Translations under genes and position numbers: made by a program | NCBI GenBank assembly: GCA_937944975.1 | Contig: CALEBF010000004.1 | Coordinates: forward strand, 9,759 to 73,758 | Length of the DNA: 64,000 nucleotides | Direction: 5' to 3' | Source: an uncultured Mycoplasmatota bacterium | GTDB taxonomy: Bacteria > Bacillota_I > Bacilli_A > RF39 > UBA660 | Shown here: piece after piece, positions 36,539 through 46,259 of the stretch | How the letters are laid out: the number at the start of each line of letters is the position of its first letter | Position numbering within the stretch: position 1 is the stretch's first letter | Notes under the pieces: generated by a model | The model's database searches: none | What the model was told of the DNA's origin: nothing | The model's input: the letters and a program-made list of their open reading frames with translations, nothing else

Positions 36539-37813
36539 ATGGGAACTGATGTTTTACAATCTAACGTAGAAAAAGCGATGATGCCATTTAGTGGAATTAT
36601 TGATGTGATCGTAAAATTCGCACCTATCTTTATCGTTTTATCGCTGATTGTCATAATTTCTCTTTTTCGCATTTTTCAAAAAGCGGGTAAGCCTGGATGG
36701 GCAGCTTTTGTGCCGATCTATAATTTGGTTGTGTTTGCCAAAATTTGCGATATGAACATGATGACTTTATTGTGGATCTTTGTGCCTCTTTTAGGTCAAA
36801 TCATTTTATGGGTTTTATTAGTGATGAATTTATCCCGCGTTTTTGGAAAGAGTAAAGATTTTGGTACTGCTATGATTTTCGTACCGTTTATTTGTTTCCC
36901 GATGCTTGCATTCCAAGATGCGAAATATAAAAATCAGGATGCTCCGATGAAAAAAGTTGTTTCACAAGGAATGGCCGTACGTGGAATGAATCAAGTGGAG
37001 GGAATGCAATTGAAAAGTCAAGATGGATTCCAAGAAGTTACAATGGATACGGGAATGTCACGTCCAATCGCACCAGTACATGTTGCAGATCAAAGTACGG
37101 ATGTTACAACTTCTAATCCACAACGAGATCTATTAAATGCAATGCCACAGATGAATGTCAATGTTACCCAGATGGCAGCACAACAAAATTCTATTGGAGG
37201 ACAGAGTTATACGCAGCCGGTTGTTTCGATGGATCAATCAAGTGTGGCACCACAGGACAATTTCACTTCTACACCAGTCATAGAACAACCAGTACAGCCA
37301 GTTACACCAGTTGTTCCTTTGAACGAATCTCCTTCGGATACAGCAATGATAGAAGAAGAGCCACCGGCAATGAATCCACAATTAGCTATTTTACAAGGGA
37401 ATATAGTGGATACTACAACGTATACAGAACCTCCTATGCCTGTTTATGAAACACCAGTGCAACCGGAGGTGAATCCGGTTCCACTCGCACAATCAGATGT
37501 CGAGAGAATGCAAGAGCAACCATCGATGATGGGAATTTTCGATAATCCTTTAGAAATGCATGCAACGATGAATCCAACACCGAATGTCGAACCAACATCA
37601 AATACAGTGCAAACACCACCAGTGGTAAATCAACCAATCGAGCAACAGTCTACAGTGCAATTGGATTTGAATGGAAGGGTGATGCAACCATCAGAGAGAG
37701 AACTTGCGAACAAGCAAGCAGAAATTACGCCAGGATTTAAGCGCTGTCCTCACTGTGGTGCGAAAGTTGCAGAGCATTTGGAAACATGTTTCTTATGTGG
37801 AAATCGTTTTTAA
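36539..37813 (+). CDS. DUF5684-type membrane protein with P/Q/V-rich linker and C-terminal zinc ribbon
   Basis: FRIFQKAGKPGWAAFVPIYNLVVFAKICD is the DUF5684 signature. About 230 aa of low-complexity sequence follow, then a C-terminal CPHCG-x11-CFLCG ribbon. Confidence 0.7.
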   Translation: MGTDVLQSNVEKAMMPFSGIIDVIVKFAPIFIVLSLIVIISLFRIFQKAGKPGWAAFVPIYNLVVFAKICDMNMMTLLWIFVPLLGQIILWVLLVMNLSRVFGKSKDFGTAMIFVPFICFPMLAFQDAKYKNQDAPMKKVVSQGMAVRGMNQVEGMQLKSQDGFQEVTMDTGMSRPIAPVHVADQSTDVTTSNPQRDLLNAMPQMNVNVTQMAAQQNSIGGQSYTQPVVSMDQSSVAPQDNFTSTPVIEQPVQPVTPVVPLNESPSDTAMIEEEPPAMNPQLAILQGNIVDTTTYTEPPMPVYETPVQPEVNPVPLAQSDVERMQEQPSMMGIFDNPLEMHATMNPTPNVEPTSNTVQTPPVVNQPIEQQSTVQLDLNGRVMQPSERELANKQAEITPGFKRCPHCGAKVAEHLETCFLCGNRF

Positions 37814-37837
37814 AGAAAAGTCTTCTTTTCTTTTTTT
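37813..37837 (+). terminator. Rho-independent terminator
   Basis: Stem AAGAAAAG / CTTTTCTT followed by a T-run. Confidence 0.65.
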
Positions 37838-37890
37838 GTTGGAGAAAGATCCTTTTTATGTTATAATGATTAGGAATTTGAGGTGATAAG

Positions 37891-39207
37891 ATGAAAAAAC
37901 CTGTCGTAGCACTTGTAGGAAGACCGAATGTAGGGAAGTCAACGATATTTAATCGTCTCGTCGGGAAAAAAATTTCTATTATAGAAGATACCCCAGGTGT
38001 AACGAGAGATCGTATCTATGGTACTGTTAAGTTTAACGACTATAGTTTTCATTTGATCGATACTGGTGGAATTGATCTATCAGAGGATCTTTTTAATGAA
38101 GAAATTAAAATGCAGGCAGAACTTGCTATTGACGAAGCAGATATTGTGCTATTTGTCGTCGATGGAAAGGAAGGGCTGACTTCGAACGATTACGTCGTAC
38201 GGGATATGCTTGTGAAAGCACATAAAGATGTCATCGTCGTAATCAATAAAACCGATAGTAAAGAATATAAGAATCATATGTATGATTTTTACGAATTAGG
38301 TTTTGACCATTACGAAGAAGTTTCGGGAGAGCAAAATATTGGAATTCACGATCTACTTACGATGATTACTACTGATTTTCCAATGAATTTAGAGGACGAA
38401 TACGATGAACACATGATACGTTTTTCAGTGATTGGAAGACCGAATGTTGGAAAAAGCAGTTTAGTCAATGCGATTGTCAATGAAGAACGTGCGATCGTAA
38501 GTAACGAAGCAGGAACGACTAGGGATGCAGTTGACACTGTTTTTACCTATCATGGAAATGACTATGTCGTCATCGATACAGCTGGAATGAGGAAAAAAGG
38601 ACGTATTTACGAGCGCGTGGAAAAATATAGTTTACTACGTTCTTTGCGCGCAATTGATCGCTCTGACGTGTGTTTAATTGTGATCAATGCAGAAGAAGGA
38701 ATTATCGAACATGATAAACATATTGCAGGATATGCAATCGAGGCTGGTAAAGCTGTTATTATCGTCGTAAATAAATGGGATGTTGTAGAAGATAAAGATC
38801 GTGCGATGAAACGTTGGACAGAAGATATTCGAAATCAATTTCAATTTATGAATTATGCACCAATTGTCTTTTTATCTGCTCGTACGAAAAAGAGAATTCA
38901 TACATTGATGCCAGAAATTTTAAGAGTGTATGAAAATAGTAAAAGAGAGATCAAAACAAGTTTATTGAACGATGTGATCATGGATGCATACTCTCTTAAT
39001 CTACCTCCTTCTTATAAAGGAAAAAGATTAAAAATTTACTTTTCTAATCAAGTGAGTACACAACCACCAACTTTTAATATCCAAGTAAATAGTAAGGGAT
39101 TAATTCATTTTTCTTACGAGAGATATTTGGAAAATAAAATACGCGAGTCATTTGATTTTGAAGGAACTCCAATTGTATTACAATTTAAAAACAAAGGAGA
39201 ACAATAA
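37891..39207 (+). CDS. der: Ribosome-associated GTPase Der/EngA
   Basis: Two tandem G domains (GRPNVGKSTIFN and GRPNVGKSSLVN, each with DTGG/DTAG and NKxD) and a KH-like C-terminus. Confidence 0.93.
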   Translation: MKKPVVALVGRPNVGKSTIFNRLVGKKISIIEDTPGVTRDRIYGTVKFNDYSFHLIDTGGIDLSEDLFNEEIKMQAELAIDEADIVLFVVDGKEGLTSNDYVVRDMLVKAHKDVIVVINKTDSKEYKNHMYDFYELGFDHYEEVSGEQNIGIHDLLTMITTDFPMNLEDEYDEHMIRFSVIGRPNVGKSSLVNAIVNEERAIVSNEAGTTRDAVDTVFTYHGNDYVVIDTAGMRKKGRIYERVEKYSLLRSLRAIDRSDVCLIVINAEEGIIEHDKHIAGYAIEAGKAVIIVVNKWDVVEDKDRAMKRWTEDIRNQFQFMNYAPIVFLSARTKKRIHTLMPEILRVYENSKREIKTSLLNDVIMDAYSLNLPPSYKGKRLKIYFSNQVSTQPPTFNIQVNSKGLIHFSYERYLENKIRESFDFEGTPIVLQFKNKGEQ

Positions 39208-39230
39208 AACGTACTTTGCGTACGTTTTTT
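39206..39230 (+). terminator. Rho-independent terminator after der
   Basis: Stem AAAACGTAC / GTACGTTTT followed by TT. Confidence 0.8.
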
Positions 39231-39275
39231 ATGTACCAATGAAGTAAAAAATCATATACTAACTTAGGAGGTACT

Positions 39276-39524
39276 ATGGATATGAATTTTTCGGATAGTT
39301 TTTTTAATAAGATAGAAAAAAAGACGAATGTTGGAAAGGAAACGATATTGGATTTAGCGAAGAAATTACAACAAAATGATTTAAAACATGAGGGGACACT
39401 TCGTGAAGTGATTCAAGAACTTGGCAAAATGACAGGTAAAAGTGTGTCAAAAGAAAAAGAGGATAAAATTGTAGAAGCTGTTGTGAATGATAAAGTTCCT
39501 AACGATTTGAATAAATTTTTATAA
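39276..39524 (+). CDS. spoVIF: Stage VI sporulation protein F-like
   Basis: 82 aa. FFNKIEKKTNV, LREVIQELGKMTGKSVSKEKEDKIVEAVVNDKVP match my recollection of SpoVIF. Confidence 0.6.
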   Translation: MDMNFSDSFFNKIEKKTNVGKETILDLAKKLQQNDLKHEGTLREVIQELGKMTGKSVSKEKEDKIVEAVVNDKVPNDLNKFL

Positions 39525-39545
39525 TGTAAAGTAAATATAAAAATA

Positions 39546-39575
39546 TTGTCAAAGAATTGTGGTATTTGGTACAAT
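39546..39575 (+). promoter_or_regulatory. Candidate sigma-A promoter
   Basis: TTGTCA (39546-39551), an 18-nt spacer, and TACAAT (39570-39575). It lies downstream of the track start at 39559, which argues for ATG 39598. Confidence 0.45.
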
Positions 39576-39597
39576 GAAAATAGGGTTGGTGAGTTTT

Positions 39598-40161
39598 ATG
39601 CAGGATGAAAATAGACAACAGATCAATCAGTTGAAGCAAAATCTTGTACCGCTTTCAACAGGATTATTAAAGAGTTTTTCCGATCAAGAAATTGAACTGT
39701 TGACACAGAAACTAGAGCAAATGATAAAGCGAGAGTATCCAAAAAAAGAGACGGATGTTACGCTTATGCAAAATCGAATGAAACATAACTTTCAGTTTTG
39801 TGTAACTCGCGTAGGTGGTGGGATGCGTCGTGAAATTGATCAAATGGAGGAAGATCAAACAATAGAGGAAGAATATCAAGCTTTGCGAGATATTTTCGAT
39901 CGATACTTTCACACATCTACGACCAGTTGTTACGGAGATTTTATTGGGCGTAGTTTAGAAGAAATCTTAGATGATTTTAAGAGATTAAATCATCAACAAA
40001 TTCCATTTGACTTAAAATATACGACGTTGAAAAAGAAGATGAGAAAAAAGATGAATCAATCTTTAGAACCATTTGTAAAAACGACGAGAGATACAGTTTC
40101 AAAGCAATTTTTCCACAAGATTTCTATTGGAAAAAAATATATTAGAAAAAAAAGAGGATAG
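39598..40161 (+). CDS. Hypothetical protein (187 aa, charged, soluble)
   Basis: ATG follows a GGTTGGTGAG RBS. Basic C-terminal tail. No family recognised. Confidence 0.5.
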   Translation: MQDENRQQINQLKQNLVPLSTGLLKSFSDQEIELLTQKLEQMIKREYPKKETDVTLMQNRMKHNFQFCVTRVGGGMRREIDQMEEDQTIEEEYQALRDIFDRYFHTSTTSCYGDFIGRSLEEILDDFKRLNHQQIPFDLKYTTLKKKMRKKMNQSLEPFVKTTRDTVSKQFFHKISIGKKYIRKKRG

Positions 40162-40243
40162 AAAAATTATAAAATCTTACCTCTTTTTATTGTTTGAAAT
40201 TTAAGATTATGATATATTAAAGCAATGATATGAGGTGAGGTAG

Positions 40244-41983
40244 ATGGAATTAAAAAAAGGAAACTGGAGAGTTCTTTCGATTATATTTTATTACTTACGT
40301 CATAAAAAGGGGAGTTTAATTCTTTATATTCTTTGCTTTATCTTAAGAATGATTCCAGACGCATTTGGTCCATTTTTATGGGGAATTTTACTTGAATTTT
40401 TAATAGAAAAGAATTATCAATTATTTTTATATGGTTTAATTGGTTATGAAATGATATGTCTTGTATCAGGGGCATTCATATCTAATATAGAAATGAAATT
40501 ATATCAGACGTTAGAAATAGAATTTACGAAAAATGCAACGAAAGATCTTTACCGAAAAATAGATCAGTTACCTGCCATTGCTTTCGAAAAGATGGGAGTT
40601 GGCGAATTTGTCAATCGTATCGTGCAAGATCCAGGACAGGTATTACAACTTTTAAGAAATCTTATTACATTATTTTTACGTAGTGTAGTGGCATTTATCG
40701 TAGTGATCGTGTCATTTTCGATGTCGATCATTTTAGGAATCGAAATTTTAATTTTTGCCGGAATCACAGCATTGCTTTCTTATAAAATATTTCCAAAGAT
40801 TAAAAAGCTTCAAAAGGATGTAAAAAAAGAATCAGATCAAATCGTAAAGCGCGCAACAGAAAATTTATCTGGTATTAGAGAAATTAGAGCTTTAGGCGTT
40901 CTTTCGTCCATTGAAAAAAGTTTATTTGAACATGTTGATGCGCTGTATGGACATTTGAAAAAGAGTTCCAACTATGAAGCCAATTATTATGGTTTGAGTA
41001 ATGCTTTTTACTACATTTTAGAGTTTGTTATTTTTGCTACATGTGGTTATTTTTTCGTACAGGGGAAAATTGCCTATAGTTTGTTTGTCATGATGGAAAC
41101 TTATATCTTTCGCATTAGCTACGTAGTGGAGAGCTTAAGTAATTTTGGGGTCAATTACAATAAAGTTATCGTATCTTTATCGCGTATGGATGAAATATTA
41201 CATAATAAGCTTTATCATGATATAAAATATGGAGATAAGAATTTGAAACAAGTATCAGGAAATATCACTTTTGATTCAGTAGAATTTCAATATAGTGAAG
41301 AGGAAGAAAAAACTTTACGTGGATTAAATATGGAGATCACGCCACATAAAAAAATAGCAATTGTGGGACGCAGTGGAAATGGAAAGAGTACGATCTTTAA
41401 TTTATTATTACGTTATTTTGATGCGACGAAAGGTACAATTTTTATCGATGATACTCCGATAGAAGAACTATCAGAAGCATCTTTACGTGAGAATATTTCG
41501 ATTATCAGACAATCCCCATTTTTATTTAACATGAGTATTCTTGATAATTTAAAGTTAGTGAATGAAAATGCAACTTTAGAAACAGTGAGAGAAGCATGTA
41601 AAAAGGCATATATCGATGATTATATTATGAGTCTTCCGAAACAATATGATACCCTTATAGGAGAAGGTGGAATCAACCTAAGTGGGGGTCAAAAACAGCG
41701 AATCGCGATTGCTCGAACGTTGTTGCAAAATACTAAGATTGTTTTATTTGACGAAGCGACAAGTGCTCTAGATAATGAGTCTCAGGAGTATATTAAAAGG
41801 ACGATCGACGATTTAGTAAAAGATCATACGATTGTCATTGTTGCGCACAGATTATCGACGATTATAGATGCCGATCTTATTTTTGTAATTCATGAAGGTA
41901 GAGTGGAAGCGAAAGGAACTCATAAAGAGTTATTAAAGACTTGTGAAAAATACCGTAGTTTATATCAAGTGGAAAGTATGTAA
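40244..41983 (+). CDS. ABC exporter, fused permease/ATPase (type-I exporter fold)
   Basis: Six-TM domain followed by an NBD with GRSGNGKST, LSGGQKQR and LFDEATSALD. Confidence 0.88.
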   Translation: MELKKGNWRVLSIIFYYLRHKKGSLILYILCFILRMIPDAFGPFLWGILLEFLIEKNYQLFLYGLIGYEMICLVSGAFISNIEMKLYQTLEIEFTKNATKDLYRKIDQLPAIAFEKMGVGEFVNRIVQDPGQVLQLLRNLITLFLRSVVAFIVVIVSFSMSIILGIEILIFAGITALLSYKIFPKIKKLQKDVKKESDQIVKRATENLSGIREIRALGVLSSIEKSLFEHVDALYGHLKKSSNYEANYYGLSNAFYYILEFVIFATCGYFFVQGKIAYSLFVMMETYIFRISYVVESLSNFGVNYNKVIVSLSRMDEILHNKLYHDIKYGDKNLKQVSGNITFDSVEFQYSEEEEKTLRGLNMEITPHKKIAIVGRSGNGKSTIFNLLLRYFDATKGTIFIDDTPIEELSEASLRENISIIRQSPFLFNMSILDNLKLVNENATLETVREACKKAYIDDYIMSLPKQYDTLIGEGGINLSGGQKQRIAIARTLLQNTKIVLFDEATSALDNESQEYIKRTIDDLVKDHTIVIVAHRLSTIIDADLIFVIHEGRVEAKGTHKELLKTCEKYRSLYQVESM

Positions 41984-42010
41984 AAGCAGAAGTGGATTAC
42001 TTCTGCTTTT
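41982..42010. terminator. Bidirectional terminator between the ABC exporter gene and alr
   Basis: 12-bp stem AAAAGCAGAAGT / ACTTCTGCTTTT. Confidence 0.8.
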
Positions 42011-43085
42011 CATTTTCTTCAATATAGATTCTAGGAACTCTTTTTCCTACTGTGCAAATGACTTCATATGGAATTGTTTTTAAATGTTCTGCTACTTGTC
42101 TAATATGATAATTGTCTTTCAAAATATCGACAGTATCGTATAATTTTACTTTTCGATCGACTTTGATCATTAACATGTCCATGCAGATATTTCCGACAAT
42201 CGGGTAGGGAATTCCATTGATATACACCATTCGCCCTTTGTTGGCACGTATCACTCCATCAGCATATCCGATAGCAACGACGGCGATTTTTTCTTCTTCT
42301 TTTGCCTTATATGTAGCATCATAACCAATGGTTTCACCCTTTTTCAAATCTTTCAAAGCTATGATGCGACTATGTAAAGAGAAGGTAGACTTCAGTTGTA
42401 AAAAACTATTTTCAGAAAATCCATACATGATGAGACCAAGGCGACACCCGTTAGTATGTGGTATGTGTGGATAACGGGTTAATGTTTCACTTTGCGCAAT
42501 ATGTACGATCGGAATTTTAGATAGATCGATGTCTTCCGTGATGGTTTGGAAGGTTTCTAATTGTTTCTTTGTGGTTTTTCCGTCGCTTGCTTTATATATA
42601 TGAGTATAAATTCCTTCTAGATGCAGGCCACGTTCTTTTAGTTCCTGCCAGATTTGGTCCATTTCTTCTTTAGTTTTAATCCCTAGACGATTCATTCCTG
42701 TGTCGATTTTTAAATGCATCGAAATACCTTCGAGATTGGTGGGTAAAATTGTTTCAAAATATTCTAGTGATGGAATGGTAATGGTAATTTTTTCTCTACG
42801 ACAAATAGATAGATAATTAGGATGAATTACACCGAGACATAAAATAGGAATATCTTTTATTTCTTCACGTATGGTTAAGGCTTCTTCAAGAGAAGATACA
42901 GCCAGATAATTACATCCTCCTGCGATGATACTTTTGACGACTTTGATATCGTAATGACTATAACAATCTGCTTTTACTACGCCGAAATAATATTCGTAAT
43001 CATTGTATTTTTTGACCAATTTTTCTACATTTTCTCGAATGTTTGTCAAGTTGATTTTAACATAGGTTCCTCTATAGTTTTCCAT
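41997..43085 (-). CDS. alr: Alanine racemase
   Basis: ATG 43085 follows a TGGAGGAA RBS. PLP-lysine segment GVVKADCYSH and the C-terminal GNICMDMLM motif. Confidence 0.9.
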   Translation of the reverse strand: MENYRGTYVKINLTNIRENVEKLVKKYNDYEYYFGVVKADCYSHYDIKVVKSIIAGGCNYLAVSSLEEALTIREEIKDIPILCLGVIHPNYLSICRREKITITIPSLEYFETILPTNLEGISMHLKIDTGMNRLGIKTKEEMDQIWQELKERGLHLEGIYTHIYKASDGKTTKKQLETFQTITEDIDLSKIPIVHIAQSETLTRYPHIPHTNGCRLGLIMYGFSENSFLQLKSTFSLHSRIIALKDLKKGETIGYDATYKAKEEEKIAVVAIGYADGVIRANKGRMVYINGIPYPIVGNICMDMLMIKVDRKVKLYDTVDILKDNYHIRQVAEHLKTIPYEVICTVGKRVPRIYIEENEKQK

Positions 43086-43130
43086 AACATTCCTCCATTC
43101 TAATTCCATTGTACTCTGTTTTTATTATAA

Positions 43131-43169
43131 AAAGAAGTAAAAAGACATTATCTTTACAATAATGTCTTT
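43131..43169 (-). terminator. Rho-independent terminator downstream of the 482-aa gene
   Basis: 10-bp stem AAAGACATTA / TAATGTCTTT with a T-rich tract on the minus strand. Confidence 0.7.
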
Positions 43170-43182
43170 TCTTTTACAACTG

Positions 43183-44631
43183 TTATTTTTTCGTTTTTAC
43201 TGGTGGTTTTTCAGAACCGATTTTTGGAGCATTTCCATCTAGCATTGATTGCAACGGATCTTCTTCATTTACGAACCAACGAGCGTGTTCTAGTAGTTTA
43301 GTAAAAGATGGAGTATAATTGGTGTCTGTATTGGATGAATCTAATTCTGCAAGCATTTTTCGAATGTTTGTTTTCATTCGTCGAGACACTGGATTTTTTT
43401 GATTGTGGTTGTCTTTTGTTTCTAGAAGATAAACTTCTCTATATCCATCGAGAGTTGGTTCGAATGAGGTGAGATATTTCATTCCGAAATATGACTCTAA
43501 TAAGAACCATTCTCTTTGAGCTAAGAATCCTATAGTTGTTTCACAGCCTTCTATTTCTGTTGTCAATAGTTTATTAAGCAGTTCAGGCTGTTTTTCTAGT
43601 TGTTTATGTTTGTTGAGCAAATCTACGAATTTTATATTCTGTAAGAATTGCATGTATCGATTATAATAATTTTGCAATCTTGGAGTTAAATCTTCTTTTG
43701 TTAAGTGATATTGTTCTAACGTAGAGAAAAAGTGTCCTATTTGACTCATTAAATTTTTCTTCATCATCGTGCAAGTGTAGTTTTTTGCATTTCCAAGGGG
43801 ATTCAATGCTTTGATTTGACTTAGATCTTCACATTGTAATTCCGTAACATTGAATATTCCATTGAGTAAGAAATCTTTTTCGGAAATCGTTCCTGTAGTC
43901 TCTGTTTCTGGCATATGATATGGAATTGTTTCCCAAGTGATATGATGTTTTTCGACTTTTGTCTTCTCTGGTTTTAGGCGATGTAAGAAAGATTCCATTT
44001 GATTGATACGACGATCTAGGTCTTTGATAGCTAAGTTAGGATTATTTAGTTCCCATAATCTAATTTGGAGTATACTCCAAATTTTTTTCTCTTCTTTTGT
44101 TTTAATAACTGTTTTTGATTCCTTTTTTAGTTGAGTAATCTTCTCTTCATTTTTGATATACCATTTCCATTCGCTTGCGATTTTTTTTAAACTGTTATTC
44201 ATATCTTTGGAATCTTGGCTTAATAGTTGCTGGGCATTTTTTAATAAGATGCGGTTTAAGTTTCTCATCGCGGTAGTTGAATATTCTTGATAGAACAACA
44301 GCTCTCCTTTATTGTTACGTCCCGCGATATAGTGGATAAATGAATTAGGATCAGTAAATGTTTGAATGTTACAAATAAGTGATTCTCTCGTAATTCCTTG
44401 TTTTTTTCTTTCTTTTGTAGTTTGCTCTTCCATATAGTTTTGATATGCTAAGAAAAGTATATCAGCATCAAAGTTATAATCTTTTGCTATTTGTGCGATT
44501 CCTTTTTGCCTGCAGTCTTCAATTAACTCTTGAAATAAGTTTTCTGGTAGTGATAAGATGCGGTTCATCTCTCTTGCAAACATGTTTTTCTTCTCAGTTC
44601 TTTTCATCATTCCCGTCGATGGTAATGTCAT
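43183..44631 (-). CDS. Hypothetical protein (482 aa, Lys/Glu/Asn-rich, soluble) downstream of spoIVA
   Basis: GAGGTG RBS 5 nt upstream of ATG 44631, which lies 53 nt after the spoIVA stop. I saw no terminator in that gap. No motif recognised. Confidence 0.6.
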   Translation of the reverse strand: MTLPSTGMMKRTEKKNMFAREMNRILSLPENLFQELIEDCRQKGIAQIAKDYNFDADILFLAYQNYMEEQTTKERKKQGITRESLICNIQTFTDPNSFIHYIAGRNNKGELLFYQEYSTTAMRNLNRILLKNAQQLLSQDSKDMNNSLKKIASEWKWYIKNEEKITQLKKESKTVIKTKEEKKIWSILQIRLWELNNPNLAIKDLDRRINQMESFLHRLKPEKTKVEKHHITWETIPYHMPETETTGTISEKDFLLNGIFNVTELQCEDLSQIKALNPLGNAKNYTCTMMKKNLMSQIGHFFSTLEQYHLTKEDLTPRLQNYYNRYMQFLQNIKFVDLLNKHKQLEKQPELLNKLLTTEIEGCETTIGFLAQREWFLLESYFGMKYLTSFEPTLDGYREVYLLETKDNHNQKNPVSRRMKTNIRKMLAELDSSNTDTNYTPSFTKLLEHARWFVNEEDPLQSMLDGNAPKIGSEKPPVKTKK

Positions 44632-44684
44632 AATTTCACCTCTCAGAGGGCTATATTAACATAATATGTAGAAAAAAGCAATCG

Positions 44685-46160
44685 TTATAAGACGATTGCA
44701 AATAAATTACCGCTTCCTTTATTTACCAATTTAGATAAAGTTTGTTGAAGTTTGTATCTTGCGTTTTCTGGAAGTAGTGATAATTTTGCTTGGATTCCTT
44801 CTTGAACGATGACGTCTAAGCTGCGTCCAAATATTTCACTTTTCCATATAGCGCTCGCATCTTTATCGCTATCTTTCATTAAATGATTGATGAGTTCTTT
44901 GCTTTGAAGTTCTGATCCAATGATCGGTTCGAAAGTAGATTCTACATCGACACGAATCATGTGGATGGATGGCGCAACTGCTTTTAATTTAACACCATAT
45001 CTACTTCCTTGTTTTAGAATTTCAGGCGTATCGAGTTTCATATCGGCAAGTGTTGGAGTAGCGACTCCATATCCTGTCTGTTTGACCATTTTGAGCGCAC
45101 CTTTGATTTGATCATATTCTTGTTTTGCCTCGGTGTAATCCTGAAATAAAGCGAGTAGAGCGGCTTTGCTTGTGATATCGACACCAATGATATCTTTTAA
45201 TATTTGATTGTAAAGTTCACTTGGTGCATTTAAAGATACAGTGACGACGCCTGTAGAAGTATCGACGTTGGAAAGATATGCTTTGCTGATATACTCGCAA
45301 TCTTGGAAATGTGATGTGATGTGTTCGATATCGCGCAGCTTATCGATTTCGATCACACTTTCTCTGATTTTATCTACGTATATTTTCTTTAACCAATGGT
45401 TTGCAGATAGACATGCGATCCATTCTGGCATATCGACATTGACTTCCAATACAGGAAATTCGTATAATGCTTCTCTTAAAATATTGTAGATATCTCTTTC
45501 GGTCATGTTTTCTATACTGATTGGTAAAACAGGAACATCGTATTCTTCTTGCATTTTTTCGGCGAGACGTTCTGTTTCAGGCAACATTGGATGTGTCGAA
45601 TTTAAAAGGACGATGAATGGTTTTCCAATTTCCTTTAATTCAGCGACGACTCTGTTTTCAGCTTCTACATAATCGACGCGATTGAGTTCCCCAATCGATC
45701 CATCTGTGGTTACGACGATTCCAATCGTGGAGTGATCCTTTATCACTTTTTCCGTTCCAACTTCGGCTGCTTCGATAAATGGAATCTCTTCGTCATACCA
45801 TGGAGTCTTGACCATACGAGGTCCATTTTCATCCTCGTATCCTTTCGCATTAGGAATAACATATCCAACACAGTCGACGAGTCGTACATTCGCACTAAAG
45901 TCATCGATTTGAATTTTAGCAGCATTGCTAGGCACGAATTTAGGTTCGGTTGTCATAATTGTCTTTCCTTGTGCACTTTGTGGTATTTCATCTAATGCAC
46001 GTTTTCTTTCATATTCGTCTTCTATGTTTGGAACGACGAGGTTTTCAATTACTTTTTTTATGAAAGTTGACTTTCCTGTTCGAACCGCTCCAACGACACC
46101 TAGATAAATGTCTCCACCGGTTCGTTCTGTAATACTTTTGATAATCTCTATTTTTTCCAT
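44685..46160 (-). CDS. spoIVA: Stage IV sporulation protein A (spore coat basement-layer ATPase)
   Basis: 491 aa. N-terminal IYLGVVGAVRTGKSTFIKK Walker A and TTEPKFVP, with overall SpoIVA length and layout. Confidence 0.93.
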   Translation of the reverse strand: MEKIEIIKSITERTGGDIYLGVVGAVRTGKSTFIKKVIENLVVPNIEDEYERKRALDEIPQSAQGKTIMTTEPKFVPSNAAKIQIDDFSANVRLVDCVGYVIPNAKGYEDENGPRMVKTPWYDEEIPFIEAAEVGTEKVIKDHSTIGIVVTTDGSIGELNRVDYVEAENRVVAELKEIGKPFIVLLNSTHPMLPETERLAEKMQEEYDVPVLPISIENMTERDIYNILREALYEFPVLEVNVDMPEWIACLSANHWLKKIYVDKIRESVIEIDKLRDIEHITSHFQDCEYISKAYLSNVDTSTGVVTVSLNAPSELYNQILKDIIGVDITSKAALLALFQDYTEAKQEYDQIKGALKMVKQTGYGVATPTLADMKLDTPEILKQGSRYGVKLKAVAPSIHMIRVDVESTFEPIIGSELQSKELINHLMKDSDKDASAIWKSEIFGRSLDVIVQEGIQAKLSLLPENARYKLQQTLSKLVNKGSGNLFAIVL

Positions 46161-46185
46161 CTGATCCCTACTTTCTTTCTAGTTC

Positions 46186-46193
46186 ACTATATG
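46186..46193 (-). promoter_or_regulatory. Possible sigma-E-type -10 element upstream of spoIVA
   Basis: The minus strand reads CATATAGT, close to the CATACA-T consensus, about 25 nt upstream of the start codon. The -35 region (ATAATT) is only a loose match. Confidence 0.25.
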
Positions 46194-46259
46194 ATTGTGC
46201 TTTATAAATTATCACAAAATCCTTTAAAACTGTGTTATAATGAAAAAAAGGAGGAGAGT

